Source: Seison nebaliae
Taxonomy: Eukaryota
Length of the DNA: 34,825 nt
Direction: 5' to 3'
Assembly (NCBI GenBank): GCA_023231475.1
Contig: JALJEE010002462.1
Span: 1-34,825 of the forward strand
The stretch's first letter is position 1; every line of letters begins with the position of its first letter. Position numbers and translations under genes: made by a program. Shown piece by piece: positions 14,471 to 23,454 of this stretch. The notes under the pieces were generated by a model. It had not been told where the DNA came from. It ran no database searches and worked only from the letters and a program-made list of their open reading frames with translations.

Positions 14471-15100
14471 TCAATCAGTAGACCATTCCCTGTTAATCTA
14501 TACATCTTCTTTGAATGTCAGGTAAAGAATATGTCGGAAATTATGGATATCTTAAAATAATTTAGAAATGAATATTATAAGTCAATAGAAAAAACATAAA
14601 TATAGTCAAAAAGACAGACGAAAAATATTCATGAAAAATAATCATCTCACAATTCGTTCGCCGGAAATCATGTAGCAATTAATTATTTAGAAGGAAATAA
14701 AAATAATTAATATTTTCGTTATTTTTAAAGTCGAAATTTTTTTTCCTAATATCCTATCGAGGACGACAGAAATGTATAATACTCGATTAATGGAATTTAC
14801 AGACATATATTTATATCAGGAATATTCCCCATAACATATTTGGATAGGAAACCTTCATTTTTTTTTAGTTCAAAAGACGTCATGTACTATCACCATTATC
14901 CATAATTGTCTGTTTTGTGTCCAACGTCGATTTACTATTTCATCAATTGATCAAAATAGGAATTTGCAGATGTAATTTCGTAAATTATTTTTTGATGTAA
15001 ATAATTATTTGAAGAAGAATCTCTACAGGAAATTTGTCAATTACCAAAAACATTAAGAGACTATTTATTTATAATCGACATTATTTATTCATATGAATAA
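14471..15100 (+). pseudogene. Decayed neuralized-homology (NHR) + SOCS-box gene (NEURL2/Ozz-like architecture)
   Basis: Collinear fragments SRPFPVNLYIFFEC (14477), DDRNV*YSINGIYRHIFISGI (about 14762), YP*LSVLCPTSI (about 14898) and EESLQEICQLPKTLRDYL (15014) resemble NHR and SOCS-box consensus elements. Several in-frame stops are present. Recognised by eye only. Confidence 0.4.
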
Positions 15101-15418
15101 TAGTTGAAAATGGTTTCGATTATTATTATTATTTATTATGAAAATTTCCGTTGGAATAAATTAGAAAAAGAATTATATCAAGATTGATGATATTAAAAAA
15201 TGAATTATTTAAATTTTAAGAATGAAATGAATTGAAGCAAATGATAAAAATAGTTTATTACTGAAATTTTAGTTGATAAAAGAAATAAATATTTCACAAA
15301 CGTTTGAAAAAGAGGAAAACGGCAATTCTGATGGAAAGAAATATGACTTCAAATTGTCTTCAAAAGAAAACGGATAACAAGAAATAATTTAAGAATGTTG
15401 ACTGAAAAGAGAGTGACT

Positions 15419-18400
15419 TTATTTCCACGCAGTCTCTAATTGGGAATTGATGGCCAATCGTCTCGAGATGAGAGTGAGTGCCAACAATGAAATAACGACT
15501 AGAGAAATAAGAGAATAATCGAAATCTTCACTCAACAAATCGAACATCATAGAAGGGAAAACTCTCGTATAAAATAGATCGTTCGATCCATAAACGAAAA
15601 TAAGAGATGCTGATTCGATCTCGGCACAAGTTGTAACGATACGTCGAATAGGTAAAACTCGTCGATAATAGTTAAGTGTGCGATCAAATGGGAAAATAAG
15701 CTCAGGATTATATGGTAGAATACCTTCTTCTCGATGTTCCAAATTTGGATAATCTGGTTGTCGTGGATCGATTAATTTCCATGGAATATCATATATAATT
15801 CCATTCGTGGTTGAAACTGAAAAAAGAATGATTATAAACAAATAAAAGAGAAAAAAGAAACTTATTAGATTTCTGGATGAGATACCTCGTTTCGTTGTCG
15901 TTATACGGAAATCATGAAAGAAGAAAGGAAACGTATACGTTCGATTAATATAGAATGGAATCGAATATAATTTCTCATTTTCTTTCTTCTCTTTCGTGTG
16001 AAAAGCAAAGTAATTGAGCAACTTATCAAATATCAGTTTTGGGCGAACTACTTTAACGACATCGTTCGGATTTTCTGAATCATTTTCTGTAAAAATATTA
16101 AAAAAAAATTTTTTTTTTCACAATTCAAAATGAATCCGAAAAATTAAACTTTCTTTCTTATGAGCTTTCATCAATTCTTCGTTTAATTTCCAGATTGATA
16201 TTGGACGTTTTGTCTTGAATGCAGAGAAATGACTTCCATTATTTTGTTGGAAACCGTCGAAAAATTCAACGACAGATAATTCATTTCGCCATTGTTTCAT
16301 ATCGTAAACAGAGTAGACGAACCAATTCTCAGCAATATCTCCCAATATGGGGAGAGTGGCTTGTCGATGTTTCGCATTCCATAAATGTTTTCCGGTGACT
16401 GAACAAATTGCATAAATAGAAACGGATTCTAAATAGGAAAAATTTTAAAAATAAAAATGAGAAATTCTCTAACGAATTTTCATAATTGAATCATATGTCA
16501 AAGTAGCTACAATGATCATGTGAGGATGTCGATATTTGTAGAGGAGAGATCGATCGCCTAGAACGACACCATATGCATGAATAGGATCGTGTTCTGGACG
16601 ACGGAAAATTTTGTAAAGAATTTCATTTTTTGGAAGAACAAATCGCCACGTCAATTGAGGTGAATAATTTTGAATACAATATCCTTCTAATATTCCTTTT
16701 TCTTGATTTGCTAATAAACTGAATAATTTGGGATGAAGATAATCATCTTTAGTTTGTGGAATTTGATTGATTTTCAGATCATCTTCATCATCCATCGTTA
16801 ATACAATTAACGGATGAATATTTAATGGTGGTAAAGAATTGTCGATATGTTGTGTGGGAGGAACGATGTCGGTTGATAAGAAACTGGAAACGAATCGGAA
16901 ATTTTTACCTTCATCTTTCGTATCATATCGATTGTAAAGAGAACCGTTATATGGATCCAGAATGATGGTACTGACACACGAAATGTTATTATTATAACCA
17001 GTGACACCGATTTGTGCAACATGTGGAAGATGTGTATCAGTTCGAAGATGATTAAGAGAATAATGGAAAACTCGACTGTCAATATGAGAGAGGAGATCAT
17101 CCCAAATATAATCGATCTCCTCTTGATGGTTCTTTTGATGATTTAAAAGAAATTGATAAATTCGTCTAATATTTTTCGTATTCATAGAAATAGCATCTTG
17201 TTCATTTTTGAGAAATGGTAAAATTGATGATCGAACATTATTACTCCAAATAATTCGACCATTCACCGAATGCATGGCAAACACCTTTCCGATACTCGTT
17301 ATAATAATTATCACTTTATTCATGTTCAATGCATCTCGAACTAATAAATGTTCGTCATTTTTCCAATCGAAATATTGATTAACATCATTCATCATTTGTT
17401 GTTCGAATTTACTTTTTCTACCGGTAACTGCTAAATCGGTAGAACGACGAAAATAATCAGAATATTTTGCAATAATTTTCATCAATTTTCGAATGTAATA
17501 AATCGAATTAGTTTTCAATAAAGAACTCTCCAATTTCAAACGTCGAACATATTGTTTGAGAATGATAATCGGATTCATCGAATGTTTATAATGATGATAA
17601 TCATATTTGTGTTCATCTGTTTCTTGACCATCTGTCGATTCATTTCTATTCTCTTCGTTATCCGAATGGATATCATTCTCGTTATCATCAATTGTAGTAT
17701 CCTGTTGACGAGAGAGTGGAAGATCTAACAATTTTGTTGCTATTATATTTGCTGGTGCTTCTTCTCGTTGCCAAGTAATGTTATTTCCGTTCACAAATGA
17801 CAACCATAACAAATCAGAGAATTGTAGATATAGATGATATAGTGGTCGATGAAATCCGACATTGTGCACATTTGGTGCATAAACTTTTGATGTCAACAAT
17901 CGACGTCTACAAGACGACAATACCAACCGATTGATATGTGAACAAGAAGAAGAAATATCAAATGATGATGATAATAATTTTACTTCCTCCCAATTCACAT
18001 CATTTTCCAATAATTTCGCTTGTTTAATTTGAACGGAAAATTTATCAGAATGATATGATTCATGATGTCGTATCTCTTCCATTCGATAAAGGAAAAGATA
18101 AATATCTTCTCGTCCCGAATAATATAAATCGAAAGATTCGATTTCTGTGTCTATAGAAGTGAATGAAATTAGTTTCATAGAGTCTTCAAAAATCGTCTCA
18201 TATTTCCTCACATCTTCATTATCCTCATCAAAATCATTAGTAGACAACAACGTTTCTTGTCTGATCAAACGATTGAAAGTGAAAGAAGCGAATAATAATT
18301 GACCTGTTCTTTCATTTGAAATAAACAGAAGTTTCTTCTTTCCGAATTTTTTCTCTCGATTGAATTGTTGGAGTGTCAATTGATATTTGATGGATTGGAA

Positions 18401-19447
18401 GTGGTTATCGATTCTCTCATTATATTGATCGTGAACAATCGTATAAGATGAAAGTAATTTCTTATTAATATCATCATTTTCAATCAATGTCAATTTCAAA
18501 TTTAAATGTGTTCCATTATTCTCATCTAAATAAACCAAAACTAATTGTTCATCATTCAAAAGAATGGTGGATAATTGTTTGGACGTTAGCAAATTTTGAG
18601 AATTGATCGTTCCAATTGACTTGATAACTCCGTTTATTTCATTCAATTTCATCACATGAATGTTCGATGAATCTCCATAACTAGAAAAAATTAAATAAAT
18701 ATCAAAATTGAATTGCATCACTTCGATGGGACAAACGAAATTGACAGATTTCATTAATTCTTTCCAGAAATTTGTACACCAAACTACTCGACCGTCAAGA
18801 GTATTAATCGAACAAATCTGATTATCTGTAAGGAGATATGTAATAAATTTCTTCGCATTCTTCTTCATCTTATAACCACATTCACCTCTCTCATATCTTA
18901 AAAGAATTAATTCATCTATCGTCGATGATATGGATGGAAATGTATTTTCCACATTCGGCAAATTTATTTCATATGTCAACGAATTGTCTTTTGTATTGAA
19001 TGCTCGTAATTTTGATGATATTCGATTATTCTCTGGAATATAATTCAATAAACGATCTCGATTCTCATTCATATTCAAAGATGAAACGGAAGACGATGTC
19101 AAGACAAATAATGTCGTCGATTGTTCTTCCTTCACATTATTCTCCGTTTTCCGATAAATTAAATCTGTCCACATATTCTCGATTTTCGTATGGAAATCAT
19201 TTGAACCTTCTCTTAATGATTGTCGCCATAAAATCACAGACGTCTTACTATCCACTCGAGAGACAACTGCATTCTCGTAATTGGTGACGAAGATACTGTC
19301 ACCTGAATCATCATTTATCACATCATCTACACGTCCAATATATTGCTTATGCCAATCAAATTTGCCTATTTGATCTTCATAAATACTGACGATAATTTGG
19401 AAAATAAAACATTGGAACAAAATTAACGGAATTAATTTAATTCTCAT
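15419..19447 (-). CDS. EMC1: ER membrane protein complex subunit 1, about 1291 aa; exons 19447-16474, 16428-16150, 16086-15862, 15816-15419
   Basis: Signal peptide followed by IYEDQIGKFDWHKQYIG; HAYGVVLGDRSLLYKY; VTGK...AENWFVYS; TKRGISSRNLI; LIDPRQP...REEGILPY; C-terminal DLFYTRVFPSMMFDLLSEDFDY, a TM helix and terminal AWK. Introns 16429-16473 (45 nt), 16087-16149 (63 nt) and 15817-15861 (45 nt) give a continuous 3876-nt frame. Confidence 0.95.
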
Positions 19448-20184
19448 ATCTGGTGTAGATAGGGATAATAATGGACAGGAAATTTATGAATAGTTTCCCC
19501 GAATAATCTTTAAGCTTTAATTTTTAATTTCGAATATTTTACAACTCTTCTCTTCAGATGTATAATCAAAATGTGTAAGGTAGTGAGTAAATACTATAAT
19601 CTAACGCATGCTAAACCGACTACTTTCAATATTAGTTTTTTTATCCTAAACTCTTATTCATTCTCTAGTTTTGCTCAACTTTTTTTTATAGTGCACAATG
19701 GAAATCAACCTAATCAATCTTTCCAGTGAGTTTTCGATTCCCAATTTCCTTAATTTCTGCAATATCACATATCTCGATTTATCTAACATTTAGATTCTAA
19801 ATGTTAGTTGAAGATCTTTAATAGTGTTTGATACTTTCGGTTAGAAGAATTCGGTTTTTTTCTTTAATTTAATCATTTAAAATGTAATTTTCGAATTTAA
19901 TTCTGTTCTAAATATTTCTATTTTCATTAACATTTTAAATTATATTTGGAACTTATTAGCGATACTCTGTACAGCCAATTATCTTTTTTTCTTTTTAATT
20001 TGCCCCGAGGGAATTTGATTCCATAATAAAAAAAAATATTTTTTTATAATTTTATAAAAAATTAACAATAGGTATAATCCCCGTTGGTTTTTATACGCGT
20101 TGTCTGTCTCAAATTTATTAGGAACAAGATTAAAAGGATGTTGAAGAAAAACTGTGAAAATAAAATTAGAACGAATTTATATGT

Positions 20185-20655
20185 CTATTCTAGTTTTTTT
20201 ATTAGTTTCAAAAGTGGAATGAGAAGATTCATTTCTAAATCTTCATTTAATTGTAATTTCCTCTTTATATGCAGAAGAATCGTATCATATTTCTCAAATC
20301 GTTCAATTCCTCTACATTTTTCAATATATTTATAACATTCCTTCTTTACAGTTCGAATTTTTCTTTCTAATCTTCGGTCTATTTGCTTTGAGGATCCTTT
20401 AAAACTTCTTTTCGGTTTTGCGAGTTTCTTCTTATTCAACGTTGTCGTCGTACAGTTGTGGCATCGTTTTTTTTGACCACTAATAACAACTGTCTTCACA
20501 CGCATACTATAAATTCCATGATCAATATCAGCAGCAAGCACATTCAACTTATGAGCAAAATCAATCCGTTCTTGCGCTATGGCATTTATACTCATTAAAT
20601 CAACCATTCTTTTGATTGCCATATGGAAATAGTAAAAAGATGTACAGGACATCAA
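20185..20655 (-). CDS. Hypothetical basic protein (about 145-156 aa), unassigned
   Basis: Open for 156 codons in very AT-rich DNA, with a hydrophilic K/R-rich composition and one CxxC (RCHNC). This differs from the F/I/L-rich shadow ORFs in the window. No family recognised; start codon uncertain. Confidence 0.4.
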   Translation of the reverse strand: MMSCTSFYYFHMAIKRMVDLMSINAIAQERIDFAHKLNVLAADIDHGIYSMRVKTVVISGQKKRCHNCTTTTLNKKKLAKPKRSFKGSSKQIDRRLERKIRTVKKECYKYIEKCRGIERFEKYDTILLHIKRKLQLNEDLEMNLLIPLLKLIKKLE

Positions 20656-21079
20656 GTGTTCTTGATTCCAATAAATGATAGAAATTTAGTATGTTAATAA
20701 ATGATTTAATTTTAAAATAAGAATTTTAATTAATATATATATAAAGCTTGAAAAAACAAATAATTTAAATTCGAATTTCTATGAAATCGTCAATTAATAC
20801 CATGGTATTTCGAATGCTTTACTCAAAAATTGGCGGACAATTTAATTTTGGAAGGAGTAAATATATCAAATATTTAGTTGAAAAAGTATTTATTGAACGA
20901 GTTTATGATAAAATTCTTGAAGGAAATTTTTTTTTATTATTAATGTAAATCCCTATAGGGTAATTGATAAATGGGTAATAATAAATCAGGATATTGGTCA
21001 TTGGAAATTAGTTCACGGTATCTTGGTTTATGACGTTTGACATTGTTCGGAACTAACCGATTGAAAAATATTCCAAACA

Positions 21080-21670
21080 GAAAATTTCTTTATTCTTCCA
21101 TTATATTCACCACATTTACTTTTCGATTCGGTAAATAATTTAGGTTCGACGGGACGAATAATAATTTTTCAAATGACATCAGTGATTACTCAAATCAACT
21201 TTTTGTGGATGGAACATTCAAGATTTGTCCGAATGGTTTTGAACAGGTATACATCGTCTGCACTGCATATGGAAATTCCGCAGTGCCAATATTTATAATA
21301 TTGATGGAAAGAAGAAGAGAAGTCGATTACGACAAAGTGTTTTCCATAATTGCTCCGATCGTCAATCCTAATATGGTGACAATCGATTTCGAAAAGGTGG
21401 TAATGAAGTCCCTGCAAAAATACTTCCCTTCAGCGACAATCCATGGATGTTTTTTTCATTTTAAACAATCCATGTTAAGAAAGATAAGGACATTGGGGAA
21501 AATGAAAGATTATTTAGATCGCAAACCAATCCATCGGGACTTGTCAAATATCTTTAAATTAGCGTTCATTCCTCCGGCATCAATTTACAAACATTTTCAA
21601 AATTTTTCAATTCACATAAATGAATTTGAAAACGACCCGCAATTTTCCTACAATCTAACTGCATTTTGTA
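21080..21670 (+). mobile_element. Mutator-like (MULE) transposase remnant
   Basis: FVDGTFKICPNGFEQVY, AVPIFIILM, TIDFEK, IHGCFFHFKQS and LAFIPP are the typical MULE DDE-domain motifs. The upstream HLLFDS...GRIIIF segment lies in a different frame (frameshift near 21168). The ORF is truncated before the catalytic Glu region. Confidence 0.88.
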
Positions 21671-21674
21671 TACG

Positions 21675-21793
21675 GAGTCTACCAAATGGTCGGTCTACCA
21701 ATGGTCGGTCTACCAAGTGTCCGTCTACCAAATGGTCGGTCTACCAAATAGCCCCGTCTACCAAATGGTTCGCCTACCAAATGACCTAGACTC
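21675..21793. repeat. Seven 15-17-nt tandem repeats (GTCTACCAAATGGTCG) bounded by inverted GAGTCTA...TAGACTC
   Basis: Units start at about 21677, 21693, 21708, 21723, 21739, 21756 and 21772. The 7-bp inverted ends are at 21675-21681 and 21787-21793. Confidence 0.85.
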
Positions 21794-22301
21794 TCATAAG
21801 GAGGTAAGTCTTAATGGAGATGAACAGTATAATAACGAATGTGAAAGATTGCTGACATTGTTAATCGGATTAGATTTATGTACTTTTTCATTTGTCGAAT
21901 ATTCCAAAAAATTGAATCCCGACTTTCAAATACCGTCAAGAAGAAAAATCGTGGATGTTTTGATTCCACAAATCAAAAATGAATTAGAAGATCACGTTTT
22001 ATCGAAATTGGAGAATAAATTTTTTTCTATTACTGCAGATTGTTGGAGTCATGCTAAGAGCAGATTTATTAGTTTAACGATAAGAATTGTGAACAATTTT
22101 GAGATTGAAAAGTTTGGTTTGGCGATGATTCCTTTCGTTGAAGTACATACTGCCGAAAACATTAGAACAACAATAATGAACTATTTACGAAATAAGAATG
22201 TAAATATCGATTTGTTACGAAATGTTTGCACAGATAGTGCCGCAAATATGATAAGTGACGTAAATGCTCTTAAAAGGAGCGTTTACATCCTAAAAAAATA
22301 A
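21794..22301 (+). mobile_element. hAT (ZBED-type) transposase fragment
   Basis: FSFVE...LNPDFQIPSRRKI, FSITADCWS (first catalytic Asp), HTAENI and VCTDSAANM (second Asp). It stops before the CxxH motif and lacks the BED finger and dimerisation domain. Confidence 0.88.
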
Positions 22302-22529
22302 GAACGTAACAATTATATGCTCAATTCAACGCATAAAAGGAACTGATAGGTATTAGGTCTATGGAACTTTATTAACAAAAATTCTCAGAATTATATATGT
22401 TATATATTATATGATATCTATATTTATAAATATTTTTCATATGAATATTCAATAATGAAGGTAGAATGACGCGCTCTAATTATTGTAATAAGATAACGGA
22501 GTTTTTCTTTAAAGCTGCACTAAAAACAT

Positions 22530-23324
22530 TTATTTTTTACTTCTTTTTTCTTTTCTTTGTAAGTATTTATTAGTTGTCTCACCTAATTTCATTTGTTTTG
22601 TATGATAATTTGGAATTATTTGAATTAATTGATCGGGGACGTTCGTGTTTGTCTCAAATTTCTTATCACCTTTTTTTCCTTTGGATGATGTTGGTGGTTC
22701 AATAGAAATATCACTTGAAGTTTGAAAATAATTTTTATTAAGATTTGATTGAGATCGAACTGGTGAATGTGTTGTCGATATATGTTGTTGATTTCGTCCA
22801 ATAGAAAATGATTGATGAGAAGATACCGTCGATTTTTGAGGTTGAATTGTCGCGACATCTCTCCATTGATCGGCGATGGTATTAGTAAAATTTTTTTTTA
22901 TTTTAATAATTTCCGAATCTTGTGATTTGGATAATCGATTTTTCGATTTTTTTCGAAAATCTTTTCTCGTTCGAATAATTGAAAGAGATGAAGAGGAGAC
23001 AGCTGATGAATCAGTTGACGATGTGAGTACCGTTGATTTTAATGTTGATGCTTGTTGATATTGTTGATTCTCCTTTTGATATTTCGATGGATTATGTCGA
23101 ATACTATTAATGCGATAAGCAGTCCGTCGTTTAATCACATCCATTTCATTTTCGCTATTTGAGATATCGGTGTTTTTCTCGTGGTTCAACAAATTTTCAC
23201 TATCGTCATTATGTGGATCGAATGCTTTTTCTGTTGATTGTTGTTCTTCTACATACTTTTTTGGACCACCACAACATATAGCGAAATGGAGACTATCGTG
23301 TATCTGTTGGATGACGGATTTTGT
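22530..23324 (-). CDS. Alternative last coding exon of the glutamate receptor (isoform B, about 1168 aa total)
   Basis: Phase-0 acceptor TTTTACATTTATATAG ending at 23325, followed by an open 265-codon frame TKSVIQQIHDSLHFAICCGG... that runs into ORF 22530..23192. It is compatible with the phase-0 donor at 23908. Confidence 0.7.
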   Translation of the reverse strand, partial: TKSVIQQIHDSLHFAICCGGPKKYVEEQQSTEKAFDPHNDDSENLLNHEKNTDISNSENEMDVIKRRTAYRINSIRHNPSKYQKENQQYQQASTLKSTVLTSSTDSSAVSSSSLSIIRTRKDFRKKSKNRLSKSQDSEIIKIKKNFTNTIADQWRDVATIQPQKSTVSSHQSFSIGRNQQHISTTHSPVRSQSNLNKNYFQTSSDISIEPPTSSKGKKGDKKFETNTNVPDQLIQIIPNYHTKQMKLGETTNKYLQRKEKRSKK

Positions 23325-23454
23325 CTATATAAATGTAAAAGTTATTTCGGTTTAATCTCACAAAATTACATTATAAAATGATTAAAACTGAAATATATTC
23401 ACCCAACTGAACTTTGACAAAATTCATTAAAATTTTAATAAAAAAACAATAATT

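Noticed and set aside
14750..14960. In-frame TAA codons considered as evidence of stop-codon reassignment
   Set aside because: The intact genes end in TAA or TGA and contain no internal TAA/TAG over thousands of codons; pseudogenisation explains the stops.
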